Positions 37,129 through 50,099 are shown, counted from the stretch's first letter. The stretch is 62,754 nt of DNA from Alloascoidea hylecoeti (GCA_001600815.1 BCKZ01000039.1:1-62754), one strand, 5' to 3'. Numbers and translations are program-made. The notes: a model not told the origin generated them from the letters alone.

Positions 37129-38877
37129 TTATGCTGGAACACCGTCATAATCATATTCTGAATATTTATTAATTAATTTCTTCCATCTTTTTGAATTTTT
37201 ATGAAGTGGTATTTTTTGAAATTGTGTAATACAAAACAAAATTAAAAGTACTGAAACAACACAACTAATAATTAACATTGCTATAAAGCTTCTTCTAAGG
37301 GTTCTTTGAGCATATGGGCATGTTGCGTAAGGACCACCAGTTGTCCAACAATTACTTATTGACATCGAATTTAGATTGATCCATATTGGATCAGATATTT
37401 CTAAGGCCCTTAATTGAATTTTTAATGATGTTGACTAAATAATCATAACCGTTAGAAATTGTATTGATATCATATTTAAAATAATATGAGGAACTTACTT
37501 GTAAAGATGATTTTGGTATATTGAAGCTTGTATCTGAAGGACAATGCTTTTCAGCATCAAAAAAAGAAGCTTTTTTATCGGTTATGGTCCACTATAATTT
37601 TTTAAAAAGAATGTTAATATTTTTCAATTCCAATAAGAGATAACATGAATAAAGAAACATACACTATAAGGCTCAGTTCCATTCCGACAAAGAACCGAAA
37701 ATTCATCATAACAATTTGCTACACTCCATTGTCCATTATAAAACACAGCACAATTTAAGGCAACCCTTCTTGTTCTATTAGTTAAATTCAATGATTCACA
37801 AGTTGAAGGTTGCCCTATACCCCAAGACCAAAGAGATTCATTATTATGAATTTCACTTATATTAGTTAAAGTTGAATTTACTATTGTTGAATACCCACAA
37901 CTTATAAAATCATGAATCATTGAAGGATTGAATTCATATTCATTACTATCTGTTAAATAACTCCATTCTGTTGAAGCTTTTAATATTGTTGAATTTGATG
38001 TTAATACATTGTTACTATCAAGAAGTTCTCGACATTCATCATATATTGTTTGATTAGCTACTGTTCTTAAATAATTATCATCATTATACATCAAAAATAA
38101 TTCATCTTTTTCTGAGACAATATCATAAGTTGTGTTTGGTTTTAAATAATTTTCAAATATCATGGGTATTAATCTTCTTTGTGGGGTATTATATAAAAAA
38201 CCTTTTAATGTTGGATATCCCGATGTTGAATTAATTTGATTATATAACACTGTTGTTTTATTTTTCCTATCATTTTCTAAAGAAGCCGGTGTATATAATA
38301 AAGAATGAAAATTAGATTTTAATATGGTTGATAATTTGTTATCATTGTCAATATTAATTGTTGAATTGTAATTTGTATGTGAGGCAGATAAAGAATGTAA
38401 ATAAAATCCAAGTTGAACAAGATTAGCTTTAGTATCAACTTCAGTATCTTCAATATATTTAACAATAATTCCAATCACATATTCAAAAGTAGCATTTGAA
38501 TGGCAAACAATATTTTGATCATTTTTTGTATAATTATTAACTGGACATAATTGCCAAATTAATTCAGTTTCATCCCAATATAAATCAATAGCCAATACTC
38601 CCAACCCCATATCTAAAACATTCCTTAGTTGATTTATTGAAGTAATAGTATATTCATCATTATGGAAAAGCACTGATTTAAGCCGTATTCCTAAAGTTGG
38701 TAATTCAAGAATACTTGTATTATAACTAGCGTCCCTTTGAGATAATATAGCAATTCCTGAATTATATGTCAAAGCCGGGATCGATCCGGAAGTTGAAGAT
38801 GAACATTTAATATCTCCTTTCACATAATTAGCTAATAATAGAGCAAATAAAATGATCCATTTTACAACGATATTCAT
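37129..38877 (-). CDS. MTC6: Mtc6-family membrane glycoprotein; introns 37592-37662 and 37435-37498
   Basis: Signal peptide; SQRD, IDLYWD..WQLCP, WSWGIGQP; the spliced frame gives PIWINLNSMSISNCWTTGGPYATCPY, a TM helix and YDGVPA*. Confidence 0.88.
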
Positions 38878-39053
38878 TTCCAAGAAATCAAATAAAAATT
38901 AAAAAAATAAAAATAAAAATAGAAGAATAAATATATTTCATTAAAGTTTATCTCGTTAATAGACGACATCCGTTCACACCACACTAAAAAAATAAGGCTT
39001 ATGGCGTATTTCCACGAAAATCAAAAAAATATCATATAAATATTTCAAAAATC

Positions 39054-40589
39054 ATGGAAGGGAATAATTTTGAGGGAATATGGGGTTTTTTATATGGGCT
39101 GATCCTCTCATTGGGATTTTATATCTTTTTAAAAGTAAAAGATATCGTCCCGGAACCATTTATTGTATGTGTAACATTCTTAACATGAACAAATCTGATT
39201 TTACTAATATATTATAAGGATGAAATCTTTCATATTAATCAAACACAACAATATTGTTCTGGGGATATACTCACTTGGAATGATAAAATAACAACTCCTC
39301 CAGGACTTTATTTCATTGGTTTAATGTTTTCAAAGTCATTAAACTTAATAAACATAGTTTTGCATTTATCATTATGGAATTATTGTGATATTCCAACACT
39401 TCGATTAATTAATTTTATTGGTGGTTTCATTGTCATTCCTTATCTTATTTCTAAAATTTCAAATCAAGATCGTTCATTTTCATTAAATTTTACAATATCT
39501 CCTTTATTTACAATATATTATTTTTTATATTATACTGATGTTTGGTCATTAATATTTGTTCTTTTATCATTATATTATATTATTCAACAACCATATGGGA
39601 AATCAAAATCAACTGTAATTTCTTCTTTAACAATGATATCAAGTTTATGGTTTCGACAAACAAATATAATATGGTGTGCTGTTTTGGTAGTTATATTTGT
39701 TGATAGAAATGCAAGGTTTGAAGGTAAATATAATAACAGATTACCATTTATTGCCCATATTTTAGGATTTATAAAACAAGCCTTTAATGATTGGAAATTA
39801 CTTATTACATTATCGAGTGTTTTTGTAACATTTGTTGTGTTTCTTGTTTGGAATGGTGGAATTACTTTAGGTGATAAATCAAATCACTCAGTTTCATTAC
39901 ATTTTGCACAATTATATTATTGTAGTTTATTTATTACAGTATTTACTTGGCCTATTTGGTTTGATTTTAAAATCCTCTTCAAATATTTGAATAAATACTA
40001 TTTCAGTTTAGGTATTTTCACAACTATTTTTCAATTTTTAATATTAGCAATTACTATAAAATATGGTACTATAGTTCATCATTTCCTTTTAGCAGATAAT
40101 CGACATTATGCGTTTTATATATGGAGAAAAATCATTGGAAGAACACCATATATGAGATATATTATGATTCCTATTTATCATTTCGCTGTTTATAGTCAAC
40201 TACATTTTTTAAATATTACAAATTGGCAACATAAGATTATTAACAATAAAAATTCTGAAAATTTATATACGGTTGATAAAATCCCTGATTTAGTCTATGA
40301 CAAGGATAGATTTTTAGTTAAGGCATCTCCATTGGTTTCAATTGCAATTCTCATAGGGACAGTTTTAACAATTGTCCCTTCACCTTTATTCGAACCGAGA
40401 TATTATATGGTTCCTCTGGCTCTTTATAGACTTTATCTTTCAAATATTAGAACAAGGCAAGAATTATTCAATAGAAGGTTGGCAGAATTTACATGGAATA
40501 TAATATTAAACGTTGTTATTATTGGAGTGTTTCTTACATTTAGCTTTGAATGGACAACTGAACATGCTATGCAAAGAATAATATGGTAA
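39054..40589 (+). CDS. ALG10: Dol-P-Glc alpha-1,2-glucosyltransferase Alg10/Die2; intron 39165-39218
   Basis: Spliced VPEPFI|DEIFHINQTQQYC, KITTPPGLY, LYYTDVWS, FRQTNI, NGGITLGDKSNH, LADNRHY, EPRYY, QRIIW. Confidence 0.93.
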
Positions 40590-41154
40590 CTCACGAGTCA
40601 TCGATCACATAATTCTATAAAGTTTTATATAGTTTGAATTCGATTACATTATTGCTATAGTGAATATTACAGATGTCTGAAACAAAATCAATTACGTATC
40701 GAAACAAATTTAAAAGAACCCACTCAAAGTAAGCTCATTAATCCATATAATGAACCTTCATAATCATGAGAAATAAAATATAATTCAACGAATATCTAGA
40801 TTTAAAACTATAATATTTGGTTTAATTTACATCTCTAACTATTAATATATAATGTTTTTTTTTTTTTTTTTTTAAAAAATCTTATATACGAGTATGTGGA
40901 AACGTCAAGTAAAAAAAGTAAAAAACTATAGAGAGATAAAAATAAACACTGCCAATTGACGCCTTTTATTTAGATAAGAAAATTTCAAATTTTAAATTCA
41001 AATTTAATAATAGAACGAAATAAAGAAAGAAGAAAAAAGCAAAATTTAAAAAAAAGTTTCATAAAGAGAAAAGATTCAATTCAATTCAAAAAAGTACCTT
41101 ATTAAACACATAAAATTATATAACATCATATAGAAATATCATAAAATATAATAT

Positions 41155-42960
41155 CTAAAGAGTTATTTCAACTAATTCTTTTGCTTTATCATTCTCAGTA
41201 GTTTTACCTTTTGTTTCATCTTCTTCTTTAATTGGTGGTGGCCTATTTGGTATTGGTAAATCTTCATCATCAGAATCTAACGTAATTATTGAGTCCATTT
41301 TACTATGTGTTGGTCCAGCTGGTTTCACAACCGGTGGATTAGTTTCTTCCTTTGTTGATAAATTAATAGCACCTAAATCAGTATCTAATGTAGTTTGAGC
41401 CATTTCACCATCATCTAAATCGAAATCACTATCATCATCAGATTCTTCAGTTTCAATAGTTTTAACAGGTTTTGATGATTCTTTAGTAATTAGAGAATCT
41501 TTTTCTCCAACTCTACCATCATCTTCTGTACTTTTCTTACTTGTACTTCCATTAGCTTCTGCTTCTTCTATTGCCTTTGCTTTTTCATTTTTGGTGATTT
41601 CAGCAAGAACTTCTTGTTCGATTTCAGGTAATGGTTTATCAACAATGTTTGAAATATTCAATCCAACAGGAGGACGATTTGAATTAACGGGTTTAGAAGG
41701 TAAAGGCTTCTTACCATTACTATTTATAAGGTTGGTAACATTTCTATTTGGATTTGGAGTACCATCTATTAAATTCAAAGAAGCTTGTCTTGAACCTGTT
41801 GCTGTAACACCTGCAGGAGCTTTACTTAAACTTGTATTACTTGCATTTATCAAATTATTATCCAAACGATGCTTCTGTTGCCTTCGTTGTTGTTGCTTTA
41901 ATTGATCTTGAACTCTTTTTTTTAAAACATCCATATAATTTAATACTTGTCCATAACCTTTTTTAGTAACATAAACTAATTCAACATCATCATCATCAAT
42001 AGTCCAATTACCTGATTCTAAATCATCAGCATACATTTGTAAAAATGCAGCCCACGATGGTGCAACAACATATTTTATATCTTGATCATGACCAAATAAA
42101 ATAACTTGACCCCAAGTTCCTCTTGTGCCTGGAGCCAAATCAATAGCAATATTATTACCCGAAAAATCCTTGGCAACTGGGATCCAAGCAGGATGAGCAT
42201 AAGTAAGTTGAATAGCACCTTCAGGAACAGAACCTTGTCTTGGCATACTGTTTACAAACGGTTGATTTTTTATACTCTTTGAACGAGTGTGGGATGATTT
42301 TGAAGGTCCTTCCGGTTCAGAATATTCTTGTTGATTTCTAAAATGACGCTGGTTTGCAACCAACCGATCAGAAACGACTTTCCAAACATCGTATTCTTCG
42401 GAAATAGCTTCTAAATCCAGAAGAGCAACACCGAAAAAAAGACCAGTGGGCCGGCCACCTTTTTCCTGCCCATCGTGTACAAGGTAAGAGTCGCGGACAT
42501 CGGCAGGCAAAGAGCAGTCAAGATCAGCCTCAAGTTCATTTAAATCAGCTGGCGTAACGGGATCACCAAGTTGTTCTTCAAGCTCGGGATGGTGCTCTTC
42601 CAACCAACGCTCGATTCTATCCCAAGAGATGGATACAAGAGGTGGGGGAGGAAGACCGTCGACATAGGATTGCAATTCCACCCCTTGGTTAGCATGGCTT
42701 GGGCCCTGAGTACCAACCTGGTGAAGAGCATCTTGCGAAGTCATGGCAGAACGCATTCCCGGAGAATACGGAACTCTGTTCAAAGAAGTTGAAGAGGTAG
42801 CGACGCCCTGGGTGCTGAATCGATTCACACGGGCATTTGGGTTGTATGGGTTGGGTTGGCCTTGTTGACCATAACCAGAACTGGCCGTATTGGAGGAAGC
42901 ATAGTGGTTTTCAGTGGTGATAGAATTTATAAAGCCCTGTAAGCCATCAAAGAAGCCCAT
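41155..42960 (-). CDS. SMI1: Cell-wall glucan synthesis regulator Smi1/Knr4
   Basis: SITTENHYAS, WDRIERWLEEHHPEL, LPADVRDSYLVHDGQE, YAHPAWIP..DFSGNNIAIDLAPG..GTWGQVILFG. Confidence 0.93.
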   Translation of the reverse strand: MGFFDGLQGFINSITTENHYASSNTASSGYGQQGQPNPYNPNARVNRFSTQGVATSSTSLNRVPYSPGMRSAMTSQDALHQVGTQGPSHANQGVELQSYVDGLPPPPLVSISWDRIERWLEEHHPELEEQLGDPVTPADLNELEADLDCSLPADVRDSYLVHDGQEKGGRPTGLFFGVALLDLEAISEEYDVWKVVSDRLVANQRHFRNQQEYSEPEGPSKSSHTRSKSIKNQPFVNSMPRQGSVPEGAIQLTYAHPAWIPVAKDFSGNNIAIDLAPGTRGTWGQVILFGHDQDIKYVVAPSWAAFLQMYADDLESGNWTIDDDDVELVYVTKKGYGQVLNYMDVLKKRVQDQLKQQQRRQQKHRLDNNLINASNTSLSKAPAGVTATGSRQASLNLIDGTPNPNRNVTNLINSNGKKPLPSKPVNSNRPPVGLNISNIVDKPLPEIEQEVLAEITKNEKAKAIEEAEANGSTSKKSTEDDGRVGEKDSLITKESSKPVKTIETEESDDDSDFDLDDGEMAQTTLDTDLGAINLSTKEETNPPVVKPAGPTHSKMDSIITLDSDDEDLPIPNRPPPIKEEDETKGKTTENDKAKELVEITL

Positions 42961-43178
42961 CTTTATAATTAGCTATTAAAAATTTGAAAATTAATTTGGA
43001 GGTTGAAGTAGAAATTAAAAAAGAGACGTGTTGTTTGAAAACTGCAAGCGCAAGAAGTATGGAGGTTACATCAGCAAGAGCAAAAGGGCGTTTTTTCAGA
43101 AAGTGCAGTAAATATGCACATGCACATATACATACTAATATTTCCCCTGAATCTGCATTAATACATATATGTATCTAT

Positions 43179-43800
43179 TTAATGTCCAAACCTCCCAAAT
43201 CTCGGCACAGACACATTTTCTTTCTCTTCCTCTTTATCTATATCCATTGGGTCGTCTTTGGCTATATCGCCTTTAAATTTGTCAAACTTCAATGAGGTGG
43301 GTTTGGCCCTGAAAATTACTTCAGTTAGATTGTCACAAGCAGGAAAATGAAATTGAAAATGAAAATATAGGTGACTTACTTAGCATAAAGTCTGCTTTTG
43401 TGTGAATTCAACTTTTGCGAGACAGGCGACATCAAACTATCTGTAGGAGATGCCAACGTCGTAGTACTATCAGATGCCTTAAGTTAGATTATTCTTCTTA
43501 TTTGGAGTTTTGTTATATTATCAGTACTAACGTTGGGAACATGGATTTCTGAAACATCTTTTTGTGTAATCCATCTCTCTTCTTTAAATCAAGAAGTTTG
43601 TTCCCATGAAGAGGTTGGAATTTGTCAGGTGAAGGTTTCTTCTCAAATGGACTAGAACCAATACTGGATCCATGCTGTAATTTTGATGGATTGGGCTTAT
43701 TATGACTTGTTGAATCAGAACCAGATTTTTCCACATTGGTTTCATTGTTTTCATGATCAGAATTAGTCTGAGATTCCACCTGTGACAGTTTTTCCGACAT
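43179..43800 (-). CDS. SPO12: Spo12/Bns1-family protein; introns 43467-43531 and 43309-43379
   Basis: Exon 2 encodes ASPTDSLMSPVSQKLNSHKSRLY, exon 3 KAKPTSLKF; GTTAGT and GTAAGT donors, ATCTAAC branch sites. Confidence 0.82.
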
Positions 43801-43980
43801 TTAGTTTTTAATTTATGTTATATTATGTGCTGAAAAAAATAAAAAAGGTTGTTCACCAAAGAAAAATTATATGCTTCTATGAAAGTGGATCAAAATGCAG
43901 TTGTTGATGGTTTACTTCAAATGTTCCTGGAAACTGAGAATGCAAATTTGCCTGTTTACCTTTTTCCTAATACTGATATG

Positions 43981-43990
43981 ATCACGTGAT
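43981..43990. promoter_or_regulatory. Palindromic E-box ATCACGTGAT upstream of SPO12
   Basis: Consensus match only. Confidence 0.35.
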
Positions 43991-44545
43991 ATATGATTAT
44001 TCTACTTAATTTAGGCCATTTTATGCGCTAAATATTCGGTTACTTTAAAAAAAAAAATGTAACTGCATGTATCTTGTGTTTAAATATAAATTATGATGTC
44101 CAATTTATATATTAAATCTACATCCCAAATAATCTTTGTAGATAGTTGAGTATAAACAGAAGACGGTGTTTGAATATCATTTTCATTTTAGCTAGATTTT
44201 AAGAAATGATTCACTGCCATAAACCTCCGTTAGTACTATCTTGTATCTAGAAAATACAGTATTAGTCTTTTATATTATCAATAAATTTAAAGTTAACTGT
44301 AATTATTTAACAAGTATTCATATAAGCTCGATTGTATATGATTTAGCAGCCAATGATGAATACTTTCGCGAACAATCGAGATGTTATTCACAAGACACTT
44401 TGCAGTCTTTATTACCTTGAACAAGGTTGATCATATCGGTAAGACAAAATATTAATAGATCAATAGAATAATAGATTTTTTGAGGTTTGTTTAACAAACA
44501 AAAAGCTTAAGTTTTAAATTTCAATCTTTATACATTTTATAAAAT

Positions 44546-44553
44546 TTACCCGG
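44546..44553 (+). promoter_or_regulatory. Reb1-type site TTACCCGG ~110 bp upstream of the 44662 ATG
   Basis: Consensus match in a promoter position. Confidence 0.4.
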
Positions 44554-44661
44554 AGAAAGCATCACATAATTTTATTTCATTTTTCACCAAATAAAGCCAA
44601 AAAATTTCAATTCATTTTTCTTTTTTTAATTTCAATTTAATATAATTTAAGGAACAACTAT

Positions 44662-47205
44662 ATGAACCCATTAATAACAAATAGAACATATGAGATTATA
44701 CGGAGCTCAAATATTATTAAAATTTATCCCGTATCAAATTTTATTAGGACTATTAGAACAAGACCTAAACCACCAATAAATAATAATAATAACAATAAGA
44801 GATCAATTAATGAAGTATCAACTCAGAGTAATAATTACAAAGATTTATATATATCTAATGATGTTAATAAATTTCGTTCACGGATTTCCAGGTTTGCAAA
44901 AAAGAAAAATATTAAAAAACCTGTAGAAATTGAAGATGATATATTATCAAATCCATATTTACATCCACCAAGAGATCCAAAAACAAATAAACATCCTTTA
45001 ATTGATGATCGTGATATAGATAAGTTTGGATTGAAACCATTCGATATGTCGTCTATACCGGAGGTACTTAGCAATATGACTGGGGTAAAGTTAAGGTCAC
45101 TTTTTGGTTCTAATCCAAAAGTTAATGAAGAAAAAGTTGAGGAAGCACAAGAACCAAATACTGAGAAAGGGTCAACAGAAACGAGCCATAATCTCGAGGT
45201 TAAGGATATAAGAGCACTATTAGATAAATTATTTGAATTGGCTGACAAGGAAATTTTTAAATCACACCAAAAGGAAGACAAAGAAATGATAGCCACCCAT
45301 AAATTACTAGAAGCATTAGAAGGACTACGAAATAATGCAGAAGCTGTTGATCAAATGTTTTATGTTCAAGTTTTTGAACTTTGTAAAAACATTGAATATT
45401 TACCATTACGAAGATATGGTTTAATAATTTCTGGAACACTAATATACGCACCAAAGAAAATTAGATTGGATCCGGTAAATGAATCTGAATTTTTAAATGC
45501 TCTTTCATATATGAAAGAACATCGTCGAGCACTTGAAATATGGGAAAGTAGGCGAATTAAATCAGATGTAAAAGATGCAAGATGGTGGCAAGAACTTGGT
45601 GTTTTATTATATATCGCTGCTCGTGATTTTGAAACAGCTGTAACATTAACTGAAGAATCCATTAAAAAATATGATTATTTGGATCCGAATATTCCTGTAA
45701 AGTTTATTCAGGAATATTGTAAAATTGGTCAAGTTAAAGATGCAATGCGATGGTTTCAAGATTTTAAACGAATTGCTAGTAAATATGGAGTCATTTTAAA
45801 AGATGAAGCTACGGAGGATGTTGATCTACGGCATCTTCAAACGGTTACACCACAATTCATGATTGAACATCTCAACGCTAAGACCCCTGCTACTGCTAAA
45901 CAATTTAATCAGATATTAAGAGCATTTTTCAGAGCTGGATATGACAAATATGGCCTGTCAGTTCTAAAAGTTATGGATCAGTATCCAGTTACAAGGCAAA
46001 ATATTGGTAGAATTGTTCAAGAGTTGGAATATGTAACAAGAGCTCTTGTTATAAAATCAAAACATGATTTAGAAGCAACAGATCAAAATCCTTTAGATGT
46101 TTTGAATGATGTAGTATCAAAAAATATTAAAGAAAATCCAGAAATGCTTAAAAATAGTAGGTTTTATCTTGTATGGCTCCATAGTTTAGGTCACTTGGGT
46201 GAAAGTGAACCAGCTGTTAAAGTATTAGATGAAATGATTTCAAATGGAATCCCAGTTAATTCTACCCATATTCAACCTGTTATAAAAGCACTTTTGAAAA
46301 ATAATAAATTAGAAAAAGCATTAGAATTTCTCGAAGAGATGGAAAAATCATTTGAACAAATTTCTAAAAGTGAAAAAAGTGGTATAATACCTCCTGTTAA
46401 TGCCAAAATATATAGTTTATTCATTAAACATTTTAGTAAACTAGGTCAAAGTGATATGATTCAGGATATAATGCAACGAATGAAAAGGATAAATTTACCA
46501 CCGGATCAGACGATATTTATGGCTTTAATCTATCATGAGTACAAATTATATGATTATGGTGCAGTGTTTGATCTTTATGAATATGCTAATAGTTTAGGAT
46601 TCCCACGGGTGGAAAAAGCGAACGATTTTTATTTCTTAATGTTTAAGATATTGGATAAATTTCATTTTACACAACAAATAAATCGTGGAAAGGTTAAGAA
46701 TACTGCTAACACTGAAGAAAATAGTGAGACCAACACAAATAAAACTCCACTTTCTTTCAGACAAGCTTTCAGGGATTTGATATCAATCCCTAAGGTATCC
46801 CCATCCATTGATTTATACTCTTTTATTTTTAATTGCTTTTTAGAAGCTGGTGATATTGTCGGTGCAATGGCAGTCGCTGAATATATGGGTACTGTCCAAA
46901 ATATGAGTCCAAATATGACAATAGTACTAAAAGCGCTCAATTTAAACAGCAAAAAGAGAGGAAATCGCCGTAAATTTTATGGTCTTAATTCACTTCGGAA
47001 GCAAATTTATGAAAGGGTAATTAATCGAAAATTAAATGATAACTATACTGATAAACAGATTTCTTGGAAAGATGTATCATTATTACTTTTCACTGAAATA
47101 AAACGTTCAAATGATCCCATTGGAAATACCGATGAGGGTTTACTATATGCTCTTAATAAAGCGCGAAAAGAATTTTATTTGCCAACTTCAGATTCCTTGG
47201 TTTAA
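44662..47205 (+). CDS. Mitochondrial PPR/helical-repeat protein, probably a Sov1-like translational activator
   Basis: 847-aa ORF with basic presequence; RLDPVNESEFLNAL..RWWQELG; PPR-like repeats (AVKVLDEMISNGIPVN, IMQRMKRINLPPDQTIFMALI). Confidence 0.7.
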   Translation: MNPLITNRTYEIIRSSNIIKIYPVSNFIRTIRTRPKPPINNNNNNKRSINEVSTQSNNYKDLYISNDVNKFRSRISRFAKKKNIKKPVEIEDDILSNPYLHPPRDPKTNKHPLIDDRDIDKFGLKPFDMSSIPEVLSNMTGVKLRSLFGSNPKVNEEKVEEAQEPNTEKGSTETSHNLEVKDIRALLDKLFELADKEIFKSHQKEDKEMIATHKLLEALEGLRNNAEAVDQMFYVQVFELCKNIEYLPLRRYGLIISGTLIYAPKKIRLDPVNESEFLNALSYMKEHRRALEIWESRRIKSDVKDARWWQELGVLLYIAARDFETAVTLTEESIKKYDYLDPNIPVKFIQEYCKIGQVKDAMRWFQDFKRIASKYGVILKDEATEDVDLRHLQTVTPQFMIEHLNAKTPATAKQFNQILRAFFRAGYDKYGLSVLKVMDQYPVTRQNIGRIVQELEYVTRALVIKSKHDLEATDQNPLDVLNDVVSKNIKENPEMLKNSRFYLVWLHSLGHLGESEPAVKVLDEMISNGIPVNSTHIQPVIKALLKNNKLEKALEFLEEMEKSFEQISKSEKSGIIPPVNAKIYSLFIKHFSKLGQSDMIQDIMQRMKRINLPPDQTIFMALIYHEYKLYDYGAVFDLYEYANSLGFPRVEKANDFYFLMFKILDKFHFTQQINRGKVKNTANTEENSETNTNKTPLSFRQAFRDLISIPKVSPSIDLYSFIFNCFLEAGDIVGAMAVAEYMGTVQNMSPNMTIVLKALNLNSKKRGNRRKFYGLNSLRKQIYERVINRKLNDNYTDKQISWKDVSLLLFTEIKRSNDPIGNTDEGLLYALNKARKEFYLPTSDSLV

Positions 47206-47782
47206 TTTAAGTATTCATTAAATATATTATCTAATTCTCTTAAATATGTAAATATATCACAAGTTTTGTAAACAAAAGCATAAGTTACACATCTCTACAC
47301 TCTTTACATTGCATTAATATATTAATATATATTAGTATGGATAATGTAATATCAAGCCCGTTACTATAATTTGATCATTACTCAACTCAAAAGATACAGA
47401 ACATTTAAATTCACAGTGTGGCCGAACATAAATAGAAATACTGGTCAAATTTAAAGCGGAGTACCCACAGATATGACCCCTTATATTTCCTCCACTAAAT
47501 GGCCGAAATTAAGTGCAATGATATACCCTGCTTTTGTGTGTTGAGATATTTAGAGATCTAGATTATTTTGTATAATTATATTAAAGGTATAAATATTTTT
47601 AAAATTTAAAGCTATTCTTCTGTCATCTAGCTGGTCTCAAAATTAAAGGCCAAAGGTGGCTTGCACACCAATCATTAGATTCTTGGGCTGGTTTCTATTT
47701 TCCAGAAGACACTGACTCCTAACACTTTCCTTTTTTCACTGGATTATCTGATTTTGTAGAAGATTTAGTCGCTATGCCCAAC

Positions 47783-48140
47783 TTTTTTTTTTACTTCATC
47801 GTTTTATTATAAATTATGCTAATCAATAAGAGGATTAAAACTATGAGTAGAGAATTGTTTAAATAAATTGTTATACCCTGACAGTACAACCATGTCTTTA
47901 TTATATATTTACTTGTATCGAAGAATCAGTTTTCGCCGTTCAATATTTGCGAAGTGAATGATGGACTCAGAGTCTGTTTTTAATTCACAAGAGTTGAATC
48001 TTCTATGAACCCGCATATCCCATAATATTTCTCAAATTAGACTTTAGGTTTTGTATTAATTTTGTTTTCTTATGCGTATTAAGTCTTCCAATATTTTCCT
48101 GAAATAACAATATAGTGTCGTTTTAGTTTTGTACATAATA
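47783..48140 (-). mobile_element. 3' end of a non-LTR retroelement (family B) ending in poly(A)
   Basis: Diverged collinear repeat of 49367-49715; both begin at T10-11ACTT on the + strand. Confidence 0.6.
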
Positions 48141-48489
48141 TCCATTTATCTAGGCTACCTTTTTTATTATTAGTTGAAGTAAGACTCTGGTGATTACTGT
48201 ACGTCGGAGATTTAACCTGGGATGAAATCAACCGATTCTGGTTGTTTTTTATTTATTTAGAGATAATGTTAGCCACCTTCCAATCCTTTGTATTTCGTTC
48301 TTTTATTTGTGCTACAGCCTAGTTTGGAATGATCGGCTGATCGTCCAATTGATCATAATGTCTCGATGCTGCTCTTCTAAACGCTCCAATTTCTATTGGG
48401 TTGCTATCATGAGTGGTGACGTTTTCAAGGAATTCGAAGGGATTTAGACACTACCTCATAGGCTGTGTATTCCTCAAGTATAGTAATGA

Positions 48490-49362
48490 GCTTGTCGACT
48501 CTAGAATAAAAGACCCTCCAGATCCTCCTGGAATTTCCAGGCCCAGCAAAGATTCCGTTTTAAACACTAGTACTGCTACTCATGCTACAGACTTTGTCTA
48601 GTTCTGGGAGGTGGTACTGTCCAAAGAAACAACAATAGAACAAATAATGTCCATCAACCCTCGCAAAAGAATTAATCGCTTTTGCAGATAAAGATAAAAA
48701 TTCAACTAAAAAAGATTTTGCTCAGTTCGAGCACATATACCGTATATATCCAACCCAAATCCAATAAAAAAAGAAAAAATTGAAAGTTCTATTAAGGTTT
48801 AGGTAATCAAGCATTATCATCAACTCTCGTCCTCACTTGAGATGATCCTTTAAGATCGAAACCTTTTCAAAAAATCGGTTATATTCGCCCTTATGGGATA
48901 CGAAAAATCGAATAATACCATTTCAGAGTCCCTCGATCCCGTTGAACTTGATAACACTTTCAAGCAATGCATAGATAATTTAGCTGGCCCACAGATTCCA
49001 ACTGAAACTCCATTAAAACGATTACAACTGGAAAAATTTCAGCAAACCCAAAATGGAAAATAAGTATTCGGGGTTTCTGCGGGTATTTTTGCAAAAGACG
49101 ACTTTAATTCTTCGATATGACAAATATTTGCCAAGTTTAATTTGGAACAAATTTAGAAATCGGATCAGAAATCTAAAACGATACAATAGTCGGCTACGCA
49201 CTAATGGATCTCAAATCAGTTAAAGGAGAATGCGCTTATCCCCCAAAAGATGTAACAATCTCTAGACCAACATTTTATAACCATACCGGTACCAATATTC
49301 AATTCAAAATTGATCTTATTTCCAACATAAGGCATTGTAGATACTGCAAAAAAACGGGACAT
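48490..49362 (+). mobile_element. Decayed LINE (L1/Zorro-like) ORF1 fragment
   Basis: DPPDPPG near the start; zinc-knuckle start CRYCKKTGH at the end; many stops between. Confidence 0.5.
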
Positions 49363-49366
49363 TTTC

Positions 49367-49715
49367 TTTTTTTTTTTACTTTAAAAATCTATAAAAAGGT
49401 TAAAACGTAAGTATAGAATTATTGAAAGTGTTATACCTTGACGGTACAACGATGTCTGTTTTGTATTTATTTATATCTAAGAATCAGTTTCAGTCGTTCA
49501 ATATTTGCTAAATGAACAACAGCATCTGAGTCTATTTTGATATATCATCGAGTTGAATCTTCGCATCTGCCATAAAATCTCTGAAATTAGGCTTAGATTT
49601 TGAATTATTTTAGCATCTTTGTACATTGGGCATATCAAGTCATCCAAACTTATATCTTTACCTAAGAAGTGTAAGAAAATTGTTGTTTTTTGTTTGACAA
49701 TTATTGAAAACATGG
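49367..49715 (-). mobile_element. 3' end of a non-LTR retroelement (family B), second copy
   Basis: Shares TGTTATACC.TGAC.GTACAAC.ATGTCT, AAGAATCAGTTT, CGTTCAATATTTGC and GAGTTGAATCTTC with 47783-48140. Confidence 0.6.
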
Positions 49716-49757
49716 GGATTTGGTCGAAAAATATATAAAAAATAAATAATAAAGATA

Positions 49758-49831
49758 TGATTTAACCCAGGATCGAACTGGGGACGTTCTGCGTGTTAAG
49801 CAGATGCCATAACCAACTAGACCATCAAACC
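49758..49831 (-). tRNA. tRNA-Val(AAC)
   Basis: GGTTTGATGGTCTAGTTGGTTATGGCATCTGCTTAACACGCAGAACGTCCCCAGTTCGATCCTGGGTTAAATCA folds as a cloverleaf with anticodon AAC; T-runs downstream. Confidence 0.97.
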
Positions 49832-50099
49832 AATAACATTTCTGTAAAGCAAGCTACTAATCACTTAATAGCTTACAGTAGATTTAACTGGCGGAATCAG
49901 ATACAGACGACGATCAAGATCTAAACAGGAAAATGTATTAAAGCTAACTTCCCCTCTATTTAAAAGTGGGATTTATCTTATTTTTATATAGATAAATCCA
50001 AGAGCTATTAATAGAAAAATCTTAGAAATAATAAAGAGATACAATGTATCCCAGCAATGAGGTAATGAGCTCAAGAACTATGGCATGTGTTTCCGAACC

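Noticed and set aside
47869..49698. LTR retrotransposon with TG...CA LTRs flanking a gag
   Set aside because: Homology between the two repeats extends left of the TG to a shared poly(T), which fits minus-strand poly(A) ends; no primer-binding site or polypurine tract seen
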